Positions 10,601 to 19,273 of a stretch of 32,000 bases of DNA are shown here, piece after piece. Each line of letters opens with the position of its first letter. The first letter of the stretch is position 1. A program made the translations under genes and the position numbers. The stretch lies in assembly GCA_000503875.1 (NCBI GenBank), contig CP006913.1, positions 870,001 through 902,000 on the forward strand, written 5' to 3'. The notes beneath the pieces were generated by a model that saw only the letters and a program-made list of their open reading frames with translations, did no database searches and had not been told where the DNA came from. This DNA is from Candidatus Saccharimonadota bacterium. GTDB taxonomy: Bacteria > Patescibacteriota > Gracilibacteria > Absconditabacterales > Absconditicoccaceae.

Positions 10601-12076
10601 CTACATATCATTTATAAATCTTTCTCTCACTTTTTGATGAATTTCTTTGGTTACTTCGCTTTCTCTGCTTGGAAGATATACCGCGTCAAATGTTTCTATA
10701 AGTCTTTTTCTTGCAATATCTACAGCGGCTATATCATTATCATCATAAACAAGATTTCCATTTTCATAGACTGGCTTCAAAAGTCTTTCCCCTTGAATTT
10801 CTTCAAATTCTTGAACAACAACTCTCTCATCATTTCTTATCTCTATATTTAAGTCTCCTGGAATAGGCTCCTTATCGATATCGTTTGAAAGCTTACCAGT
10901 TGGATCGTCTTCTACCTGAGTAAGTTTATAGGCAGCGCTAAGAGCATCTCTTGTTTTGTTTCTCGCTACCAAGAGACCGCCCAATCCATATTGGATAAAA
11001 TCTTTTGGATCAAAACCAGCATTTGCGACTGCTTCTTCTACTCTTCTGACATCTTCAACAGTAGAAATATCAGCAACCACAATCTTATCTAATTTTGGAT
11101 CTAGCATATCATGTTCTTTCAATTTCTTGAGTGCATAAACTGCTTGGTCTGCTAAATCTCAACTATCCAATCTCATACCGACAACCTTACCTGTTGCTCT
11201 ATATTTCTTTTTTAAAGCCACAATCTTATCTATCCCTTTATACGAATCGATTAAATCTACAAGAAGAGCTATTTTATCGCTGGATTCAATTGCATTAACA
11301 AAAGCTTCATCCTCTGTTGGATAACAAGAGAAATATCTATGCGCAGTTGTTCCTCCGCTAAGGGTTTGCGGATATACCAAGGCAGCCGTATCATTGGAAG
11401 TAAGTTTTAATCCTCCTCCAACAATATTTGCTTCTACGGCATCCAAATGAAAATCTTCATTTGGAGTAGCTCTTTTACCAAATTCAGCAACCCTTCCTTG
11501 TCCTATAATTTGTTCTAAATAGTAGGCATCAGTGGCAACGATACTTTTGAAAAAAGCTCTTAAAAAAACAGGTTCATAGATAGCAGCAAGTTCTGCAGGA
11601 CCAGAAACCACCATTACGGGTTCCTTTGGTTTAAGCACCGTTCCATCTTCTACCGCACGAATCTTCAAAGGAATATGTCATCCATGAGTATCTATTACCT
11701 CTTGCCACATAGTCGCATCAAAAAATCCATTTCCTCCTTTTGTTTTTTGTGCCTCGTAAAAATCCTTTGCAAAATCAAGTTCTGCCTGAGTAATTTGGAT
11801 ACCAAGAATGCTTTTTAAAGTACTTCTAATCCCATCCACAACGACATATTCTTTATTAGGAGACCTCCTAAAAGACATTGTAAACGTTTCCTGCTCATGA
11901 GATTTTTCTCCTTTAAGATGGTTCATGGTTCTGTTGTATGCATCCGTTTGAATGATTTTATTTTTCTTGGCAATATCTTTTCTCACGTCAAGATCAGTGA
12001 TTTGTTCATATTCTTGATAAGAAATTTCAGGGAATCTGGTCCTCTGCTCCTTGTATGATGAAAAATTGAAGGTCAT
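10601..12076 (-). CDS. pncB: Nicotinate phosphoribosyltransferase (NAPRTase family, ~490 aa form)
   Basis: ATG at complement 12074-12076, TAG at complement 10601-10603, 491 codons. Three same-frame fragments are joined by 2 TGA. Motifs QTDAYNRTMN, EFGKRAT, LTSNDTAA, GTTAH and MRLDS(TGA)DL. Confidence 0.85.
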
Positions 12077-12088
12077 GGGTAGTGTTTG

Positions 12089-12820
12089 TTATGCGAATAA
12101 AATATTTTCTAATTCTTTTAACGTAACATATCTGATGTTATTTTGGGCAAAGTTTTCTATCATTACTTGTGTAGATTCTGATGCAACACCTCTTACTGCA
12201 TCGTCAACAACAATCACTTCATATCATTTATCAACTGCGTCCAATGCTGTTTTTCCCACACAATAATCCGTAGCAACTCATCATAAAACAACTTTTTGAA
12301 TCTGATTTTCTGTAAGCTTTTTATCCAAATCGGTTTCATCAAATCCACTATACGCTTCTTTAGCTGGGTTCGTTCCTTTAATCACGGTAATAGCAAAGTC
12401 ATCTTTTTTTAGCGGTTCCATCAATTCTGCACTATCTGTTCGATCTTTTGAATGTTGTGGCCAAAGCATTTGACTACCAACTGTTTTAAGAAATGATTGT
12501 AGTTCTTTGACAGTAAATTCGGCTCCGAGAGCTAATCCATGATTTTCTTCTGTCCAATCTTTTACCTCTTTATACGCAATCATATCAAATGGTTTCTTAT
12601 CTAAATAATTATCTGCAAAGGAAATATGTCCTCTCGGATGTTGTTCAAATACATTCACTATCAACGCTCCATATGGTTGCAAAAGATCAATAAGCTTTTT
12701 CGTTGCCTGGGCTGCTTGTTCTCCTTCTTGGACATAGAGTTCTTTATACGAAGCATCTTCAAAGGTTTTTGTGTTATCAACACTGATAACGGCTACATGA
12801 TTAAGATTTATAGTTTTCAT
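12089..12820 (-). CDS. pncA: Nicotinamidase
   Basis: ATG at complement 12818-12820. The ORF-track fragment extends through 3 TGA to TAA at complement 12089-12091, giving 243 codons. Motifs ISVDNTKTF, LWPQHS and VVL(TGA)(TGA)VATDYCV (catalytic Cys). The stop lies 12 nt before the pncB start. Confidence 0.9.
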
Positions 12821-12837
12821 ACTCCTAAGTGGTTATA

Positions 12838-12876
12838 AAATAAATAATTGTATTTCTTACAATAACTAGAAGGCAA
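12838..12876 (-). promoter_or_regulatory. pncA-pncB promoter with embedded ATTGTA-N5-TACAAT palindrome (candidate NrtR operator)
   Basis: On the minus strand: -35 TTGCCT, 18-nt spacer, -10 TACAAT. The perfect palindrome lies at 12847-12863. It is near-identical to the nadE promoter and sits at the same distance (27 nt) from the ATG. Confidence 0.6.
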
Positions 12877-12882
12877 AAAAAA

Positions 12883-13281
12883 TTAATCAGGAATAGAAAA
12901 CTTTATAGTAGTAGTTCCCTCATAATTATCACCATAACTTGGAAAATCAGAACTAACTTTAATATTTGTATATCCCAAGGCCTTTAATAATCAGCTAATA
13001 TCTTTATCCTTATCGGTACAAATATCTGATTTCAAAACGATTGAGATATCCTTTTCATAAGCAGCTACTGTTTCACGAATTTTTGCATCAAGAGCATCTC
13101 TTGTTTTTTCACCAACCTTGTGTTTTAACGCTTCCAATCTTTCACTAGCTGACATATTTTTCAGCATCTCCGATGATTCTTTTGCTGTTAACATAGAGAG
13201 AAGAGTAATGAATAAAAGAATTTTATTATCTTTTTGTTTACCCTGGTATTTGTATATTATACAATTTCTATCAAATTGCAA
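12883..13281 (-). CDS. Hypothetical small protein (start uncertain: TTG 13281 or ATG 13194)
   Basis: Open frame with 1 TGA, TAA at complement 12883-12885. The central part is helical and charged (ERLEALKHKVGEKTRDALDAKIRETVAAYEKD). No domain was recognised. Confidence 0.4.
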
Positions 13282-13310
13282 GAGAATATTGTATATTTTA
13301 CAATAAGAAA
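13271..13310 (-). promoter_or_regulatory. Conserved intergenic module, copy 2 (TCAAATTGCAAGAGAA plus perfect ATTGTA-N5-TACAAT box)
   Basis: Perfect palindrome at 13288-13304. Alignable with 8497-8534 and 18161-18199. Confidence 0.5.
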
Positions 13311-13338
13311 AACCCGCACTGAAAAACAGCCGGGTTTT
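13311..13338 (-). terminator. Hairpin terminator downstream of the vWA gene (left edge of the TGA-free block)
   Basis: Stem aacccg..ctg / cag..cgggtt with a small internal loop, flanked by an A-run and a T-run. A second perfect hairpin, TTACATAAA-N6-TTTATGTAA, lies at 13356-13379. Confidence 0.5.
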
Positions 13339-13381
13339 ACATAGTTTTATTATGATTACATAAACAATAATTTATGTAAAA

Positions 13382-14170
13382 TTATCCACCAAAGCCTCCA
13401 AGATTGGTTTGACTATGGTAAGCAGCGCTTTGACTAGCACGTACAGCACTCTGACTAAATATCTGAAATGCTTTACGTATTTCACTTGGATTAGATTGAG
13501 CTGTTAATATCCAGCGATCTGAGATTCCCATATCACCAAATACTTTTCTAAAATCACAGTTCCCATTATCAAATCCCATAGCGGCGATAATATGATCTTC
13601 ATTCTTCAACATGTCAGTGACGATTTTTTTAACATCATCAGATGTACTTGTACGAGAATGACAATCTTCACCGTCAGTCATAATGAGCGTAATTGTACGT
13701 ACCTGAATCCCATTGTTTTTAAAATCCTGCGTTTTAGCGATAACAGTAGCGAGAAGCTTAGCTGTTTCATCAAATAAAGGAGTACCTCCATTTGGATCAT
13801 AATTAGCAGGATCCATTTTTGGAACAACTGAAAGGGGTGTATAAGGATACAACACTGTTCCATTCAGATACCGGTTTAAAACTTCTATATTATCTTGTTG
13901 TTTGCTATCAGATAATGCTTTGATAAGCATATTGTGTCCATCTCGAATAGGTTGAGCATTGCTAGCAAATCTGATTGATCCAGAATCATCAACCAAAATA
14001 TTCAACAAAATAACTTCACTGGATTTCACATTATCAATTGGGACTCCAAGTCCTTCTTGTATAATAGCTCCAATATCTGGGATTTTTGTAAGAGCTGTTA
14101 ATGAGCCTTGACTCAAATCACCATCTTCGTGGGCGTTTTGCAACAAACCCAAATTAGCTGTATTTGACAT
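13382..14170 (-). CDS. von Willebrand factor A (vWA) protein with MIDAS motif, TerY-like
   Basis: ATG at complement 14168-14170, preceded by GGAGGA with a 7-nt spacer. TAA at 13382-13384, 262 codons. MIDAS elements VDDSGS, GGTPL and MTDGED. Confidence 0.85.
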   Translation of the reverse strand: MSNTANLGLLQNAHEDGDLSQGSLTALTKIPDIGAIIQEGLGVPIDNVKSSEVILLNILVDDSGSIRFASNAQPIRDGHNMLIKALSDSKQQDNIEVLNRYLNGTVLYPYTPLSVVPKMDPANYDPNGGTPLFDETAKLLATVIAKTQDFKNNGIQVRTITLIMTDGEDCHSRTSTSDDVKKIVTDMLKNEDHIIAAMGFDNGNCDFRKVFGDMGISDRWILTAQSNPSEIRKAFQIFSQSAVRASQSAAYHSQTNLGGFGG

Positions 14171-14197
14171 AATTTTGTCCTCCAATTTTTTTTGTTT

Positions 14198-15223
14198 TTA
14201 CAATAATTTTGTTGCATCAACATCAGGCCACTGATCAATTGGATCAGTACTTTTTACTACATGCATACCAGCATTGCGAAATCTTTCGAAAGCTTGATTT
14301 GCTTGATCAGTAAAATCGACTATACCAGGAATAACCACTGGCGAAGTACAATCTTCCAAAAGGTAAACTTTTTTTGCCAATGATGGATCTTTGCTCATAA
14401 TATCGGTAAGCAAATCATCAATACTCCAGGCTACACAATGTGATTTTGCTTGTCCAGCAATAATCAACATATCGTAGTTGAGAAGTTTCTCGATAAATCG
14501 AGAATTTCTTTGAGCAATAGCAGTATTATCATAAGTATCCAATACCTCAGGACTCAATACCGAGTAGTTCTCAGTCAATGGATTACCACCCTTAATTTCG
14601 ATACCTGATTCACTGCTGCGAGCAATCGTATGAAAGAAAATAGCTTCTTCAACAAGTGATACCAAAGAATGACCAATTCCACCAAGCATTGCATGGTAGG
14701 GCCATATGGTAAGTTGATATTTACCTTTTTTTTCCAATGATTGGGCATAGTGAATTACGTGCTTTCTCAAAGCTGTGTAACCAACTCCCAAACTAGTAGC
14801 CACACCAGGATTGATAACATATTTTCCCTTGACCAGATCATCAGATGAGATCATGGTCATAGCAGGTACAGGATTTCCATTCTGATCAACAAAGAACAGA
14901 GAATGAAAAATCTGCATTGCCCTATGGGTATCCATGGTAGGAAAAATTTTGGTGATTCTACCGAGATTAGCATAAATAAATTGTACAAGACGTTTTGTGT
15001 CTTCCGGAGCATTCTGAACAAAAAGTTCAAAACCGGGAATGCAAAATGTATTCTGCATATCAATCGGCATCAATGCAATTTTAAATTTATCAGTTGCAGA
15101 ATCAGTAATACTTTGATTTGCCTTATAGAGGATTCCCTCTTCTGCCAAATTTTGGTAAGCGATCCTATAAACCTGATCGGCTTTAGAAACATCGTGATGT
15201 TTCGGAGTTGCAAATTTTTTCAT
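14198..15223 (-). CDS. Large isochorismatase/nicotinamidase-like cysteine hydrolase (341 aa)
   Basis: Intact ORF. Motifs PIDMQNTF (Asp region), TIWPYHAMLGGIGH (resembles the nicotinamidase LWPxHC segment) and IIAGQAKSHCVAWS (catalytic Cys region). It has an N-terminal extension of about 50 aa compared with pncA. Confidence 0.75.
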   Translation of the reverse strand: MKKFATPKHHDVSKADQVYRIAYQNLAEEGILYKANQSITDSATDKFKIALMPIDMQNTFCIPGFELFVQNAPEDTKRLVQFIYANLGRITKIFPTMDTHRAMQIFHSLFFVDQNGNPVPAMTMISSDDLVKGKYVINPGVATSLGVGYTALRKHVIHYAQSLEKKGKYQLTIWPYHAMLGGIGHSLVSLVEEAIFFHTIARSSESGIEIKGGNPLTENYSVLSPEVLDTYDNTAIAQRNSRFIEKLLNYDMLIIAGQAKSHCVAWSIDDLLTDIMSKDPSLAKKVYLLEDCTSPVVIPGIVDFTDQANQAFERFRNAGMHVVKSTDPIDQWPDVDATKLL

Positions 15224-15250
15224 AATTATTTTTTTTAAGTTTGTTTGTGT

Positions 15251-17134
15251 TTATTTTATCGCAAGCAAAATAATTTTGTTGCGTTTAACAACATAAATTC
15301 CATGAGTAGAAACTATTAGTTTTGATTGCTCGTTTACATATTGTTCTGTATCAACAAACAATTTACTTTCTAGTTTCCCAGATGAATTAAATGATATTCT
15401 GAGAATACCTTCATCAGTAGGACAAAAAAGATAATTAGCAAAAGCTGATTTACCTTTGATGTGATTTAACCAAGAATAATTATCTATACTATTATCAATA
15501 TGCGCAAGAACATTTCCTTGTCTATCGATAACAATACAATGATTAATATATTGGCTCTGATCCTTGGTAGCAATCATAAGCCAAATTATAGCATCACTAA
15601 TAAAACACTTTGCATCCGTGATTTGTCCTTTGATAAATGGTAATACAACGCGATCATTAATCACCTTGCTTGTCATCTCAAAAACAAATCCCTGCAAAAT
15701 ATTACCAGCCTTATACATACCAAATCCCAAAGTATTACCAACCCATAATAGAGTTTGGTCTGCAACTCCTTGTCCTATTTGACTAGGAGAATATTCCAAA
15801 CCAAGTGGGTTACCTTTGTAAATGGTACCATTTTCTATCCAAAACATATTCTGGTTATTAGCATCAAATATTGATTTATTACCAACACAATCTACAAACG
15901 TTTTATTGATTTTACCATCAGCAAAGTGTGTAAGCATAGTATTTGATTTACCAAAAATTGTAGTAGTATCGTTGATTGCAAAATGCAAACCGCGATCGAG
16001 TTCTCCCTTCATTACAATTTCAGAATTTTCTCTTTTGTATCCATTATCTTGATGATACAAATACATCAGTTTATTATTTTCTAATGTAACAAAAAGTATT
16101 ACTCCATCAGTATGGAATATCTCATGCATTTGAACATTACCACTTACTGCAACAGGTGCAAATATTTTTACACCAACAGTACAAATAGGACAATGTGAAG
16201 TAGCATATTCTAGTCCACAAACAGGACACCTCTGCCAATGCATATCTTCCAAAAGTTTGATCGGGAATTCACCTCTATTATCTTTATCAAAAAGATTTTT
16301 AAAATAATGAATCATATCATCCGTCAAAACATTGTATGGATAAGCATGTTTAGGATAAACAACCTCAGGATTAAAAACATTTATTCGGTGATGAGCACGC
16401 AGTTGTTGCTTAATACGTTTGGTCGAATCCTTGGGCTTATAAATACCTCCATAAGGATCTACGAACAATAACGTTTTAAAAAGTAATGCAGAAAAAGCAT
16501 ACCAGTCACCCAGTGGATTATGATTTTTTGTCATAGTCCAAAACGATTCTTTTCCTTTGGTAATAATATCACAAATCAAAGGATCAACAAATTTTTCTGT
16601 ATACATAGTACTCATAAAAGAGCCAAACTGATAACTATCAGTATCTATCATATACACTTGTTGATTTTTGATTAGCGTATTTAGATCGTTAAAATCACCA
16701 ATCACAATTCCATGATTATGTAGTGATTTGAGAGTTTTATGAAGATTTACAAAGATATCTCTAATTTCATTATTTGAAATGTTCATAGATTCTCTATAGT
16801 GAATATCTCCATACGTCAACAATGTTTCAGCTCCAGTGATAAACGGCATAGTGTAACCAACCACCAATCCTTGCTTGTCAGTTAATAACTCACGAGGACT
16901 AATAATATTACTTTCTAATCCGCGAGGAAACATTGTTAGTTTTTTTTGATGCATCGATATCCTGACATGAGCAGCTTGCTGCTCCTCAGGAGATTGTGTA
17001 TAATAAGGATCATTTGATTGGCGATATATTTTTGCCACATTACCATTACCCATATCATACACAACAGCCTCTTGGCCAGCACCGATTTCTTTGGTTAATC
17101 GTATTGATTGACCATGCAAATAAACTGTTTTCAT
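15251..17134 (-). CDS. Ser/Thr protein kinase-like protein with central Zn-ribbon and a ~300 aa beta-rich C-terminal domain
   Basis: Intact 627-codon ORF. Gly-loop GAGQEAVVYD with VAKIY Lys, catalytic segment HNHGIVIGDFNDLN, and MIDTDS (DFG-like). Zn-ribbon CPVCG-x9-CPIC near 16180-16240. The C-terminal part has repeated beta-strand-like segments. Confidence 0.8.
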   Translation of the reverse strand: MKTVYLHGQSIRLTKEIGAGQEAVVYDMGNGNVAKIYRQSNDPYYTQSPEEQQAAHVRISMHQKKLTMFPRGLESNIISPRELLTDKQGLVVGYTMPFITGAETLLTYGDIHYRESMNISNNEIRDIFVNLHKTLKSLHNHGIVIGDFNDLNTLIKNQQVYMIDTDSYQFGSFMSTMYTEKFVDPLICDIITKGKESFWTMTKNHNPLGDWYAFSALLFKTLLFVDPYGGIYKPKDSTKRIKQQLRAHHRINVFNPEVVYPKHAYPYNVLTDDMIHYFKNLFDKDNRGEFPIKLLEDMHWQRCPVCGLEYATSHCPICTVGVKIFAPVAVSGNVQMHEIFHTDGVILFVTLENNKLMYLYHQDNGYKRENSEIVMKGELDRGLHFAINDTTTIFGKSNTMLTHFADGKINKTFVDCVGNKSIFDANNQNMFWIENGTIYKGNPLGLEYSPSQIGQGVADQTLLWVGNTLGFGMYKAGNILQGFVFEMTSKVINDRVVLPFIKGQITDAKCFISDAIIWLMIATKDQSQYINHCIVIDRQGNVLAHIDNSIDNYSWLNHIKGKSAFANYLFCPTDEGILRISFNSSGKLESKLFVDTEQYVNEQSKLIVSTHGIYVVKRNKIILLAIK

Positions 17135-17991
17135 AATATTTCCTCACTTTTTCTCAAAGAGATTAACGTAGTATCGTCAGACAATAAGCCTGGACATTTG
17201 ACAATGTTTTTTTCTTCCCAAACAGGTTTTCGCTTTTCTGTATTAACCATAGTCAACACATTACGAATCCATTCAGGATTTCTGAAATAAATATCATCAG
17301 TCCAAAACTGATTAATCTGACCTATAAGTTTATCTTGTCCTGGAAATTTCTTTTCAGATAATTCCATCAGATCAACAACGCCATCAGTTCCTATCAATAA
17401 ATTTTGAATAGAATCTGTAGGCCAAATACCATGTCTTTGGATACCAAGGAGTGACGGATCATTTCTCGTAATCTCACTTCCGGTGATTCCATAACATAGA
17501 TAAGGTGGCTTATTACCAGCAAAAGGGCCTATTACATGTTTTTCTCCATTGATGAAATAGATTCCATCTCCACAAGAAAAAACACAAGTAACATTGGGCG
17601 TAATCACAACTCCGACTATGGTAGCTAGAAAATATTTACAGATAGTATCTATAAGATTTTCATCCATATCTTGAGCTATAATACGAATGCGAGCCAAAAC
17701 ATCTTGACGTACATTATGCCATAACCAATCATGTTGAAAAAAGTTTTCATCAGAAAGGATACTATGATGTTTATTGAGATAACGAGCTAATGTATTAGCA
17801 AAAATAGAAGATAATAATTTACTTCCTACTTCACTATATTGCCCGCCACTACAACCATCAGAAACTATAGCAATAATATACTGACGTTCTCTCAGCCACA
17901 AGAAATGATCTTGGTTGTTACGACCTATTTTTGTATGTCGAGTTCCAATCACAGATCCTCCAGCAAGTTCAAAACGATCTAGGTTTTCCAT
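17095..17991 (-). CDS. PP2C-family Ser/Thr phosphatase
   Basis: ATG at complement 17989-17991. Motifs NNQDHF, VSDGCSGG and LIGTDGVVD (metal-binding Asp residues). Under the standard code it ends at TGA 17131-17133, overlapping the kinase ATG as ATGA. With TGA read as Gly it continues for 12 codons to TAA at complement 17095-17097. Confidence 0.8.
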
Positions 17992-18160
17992 ATATGTATT
18001 TTTTAATTGTTTAGCTGTTAATGAACTTCTTCATGTATTAGTAATAACATCATACTAAAGGTTTCTTTTCTGTTTCTTGCAATCCCCTTTCAGTCTGTCG
18101 AAGGAAGATAATTCCAAGAAGAAAGATTACTTTAGTAATTGTACTATATACAAAAAGAAA

Positions 18161-18199
18161 TCAATTGCAAGAGAAAATGTAAAACAAACAATAAGTAAA
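18161..18199 (-). promoter_or_regulatory. Conserved intergenic module, copy 3, in the PP2C / radical SAM divergent region
   Basis: TCAATTGCAAGAGAA followed by AATGTA-N5-AACAAT (18176-18192, 2 mismatches to the palindrome). It has the same orientation and layout as copies 1 and 2. Confidence 0.4.
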
Positions 18200-18272
18200 T
18201 TTATATATACAACAAAATTTGATTATTTAACAATAGTTAAGTACATTTATTCACAGATAACATTAAAAAAAC

Positions 18273-18308
18273 ATATGTATTGACATTTTATATAAAATAC
18301 ATATTATA
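18273..18308 (+). promoter_or_regulatory. Radical SAM gene promoter overlapped by a 9-bp inverted repeat
   Basis: -35 TTGACA at 18280-18285, 16-nt spacer, -10 TATTAT at 18302-18307. The inverted repeat ATATGTATT-N14-AATACATAT (18273-18281 / 18296-18304) spans both elements. Confidence 0.45.
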
Positions 18309-18346
18309 TAAAAAATAAAACAAAAAAATAACCAAATTTTACAAAT

Positions 18347-19270
18347 ATGGAAATGCAAAGTATTAGTGTCGTCGTACCAGGTGGTTGTCCAAACAGGTGT
18401 AAATGCTGTGTATCAAAATTACATACCGATGGTGAAAACGTATATAGAAATCAAATTGAAAAAAATTATCAATTTGAAGACCTATATCAAAACGATTATT
18501 ATGATGCCATGAGTTTCGCCAGAGATAATGGCTGTAATACTATGATGTACACTGGCGACGGAGAACCTTTAATGAACAAAGGATTCATAAGAAAGGTAGT
18601 TGAAATAAATAAACAATTAAATCAACCTTTCAGATGGAATGAAATCCAGACAACCGGCGTATTCCTGACTAAGAAATCAGAGGAAAATGGAGGTGAGACA
18701 AACTTACGTTGGTTAAGAAATTATGTAAGAATAAAAACCATTTCGTTAAGTTTATTCAACATCTTTGATTCAAACAAAAATGCAGAATATTCTCAACCAC
18801 AATCAAAAGCTGCTTTCGTAGATATTGAAAAAACATGTAAAGCTATTAAAAAATATGACTTTACATTACGATTATCTCTAAATATGGTTGATTTTTACAA
18901 TGATGTAACCCCAGAAGAAATCTTCCAAAGAGCTAGAGAGTTAGGTGCAAATCAGATTACCTTCCGCGTACTTTATAATATTGATAATCCAACAAACAAA
19001 GAAGAACAAGAAATCTCAGATTGGATAAGAGAACATAAAGTAAAAGATGAGAAAATTCAAGAAATCAACGACTATATCAAAAAACACGGTCGTATTCTCG
19101 AACAACTCCCCTTTGGTGCCTATCGTTACAGCTTACATGGAATGTCCGTTGTAGTCGATGACGATTGTATGAGCACAAAAGAAGGAACAAAAGAAGTTAA
19201 ATATTTAGTACTCCGTCCCAATTGTAAAGTATATACCAAATGGGATGACGAAGGCTCTATCATCTTCTAA
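18347..19270 (+). CDS. Radical SAM enzyme (307 aa, no SPASM-type extra Cys cluster seen)
   Basis: Intact ORF. CX3CX2C cluster GGCPNRCKCC near the N-terminus and a GGE-like SAM motif YTGDGEPL. No TGA codons. Confidence 0.85.
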   Translation: MEMQSISVVVPGGCPNRCKCCVSKLHTDGENVYRNQIEKNYQFEDLYQNDYYDAMSFARDNGCNTMMYTGDGEPLMNKGFIRKVVEINKQLNQPFRWNEIQTTGVFLTKKSEENGGETNLRWLRNYVRIKTISLSLFNIFDSNKNAEYSQPQSKAAFVDIEKTCKAIKKYDFTLRLSLNMVDFYNDVTPEEIFQRARELGANQITFRVLYNIDNPTNKEEQEISDWIREHKVKDEKIQEINDYIKKHGRILEQLPFGAYRYSLHGMSVVVDDDCMSTKEGTKEVKYLVLRPNCKVYTKWDDEGSIIF

Positions 19271-19273
19271 CAC

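Noticed and set aside
13271-13310. Reading the conserved module as a plus-strand sigma70 promoter (TTGCAA, 17 nt, TACAAT).
   Set aside because: Two of the three copies have no plus-strand gene downstream; they face terminators or antisense genes. All three lie upstream of minus-strand genes. The palindrome offers the same TACAAT on the minus strand, so an operator or minus-strand promoter role is more plausible. This remains unresolved.
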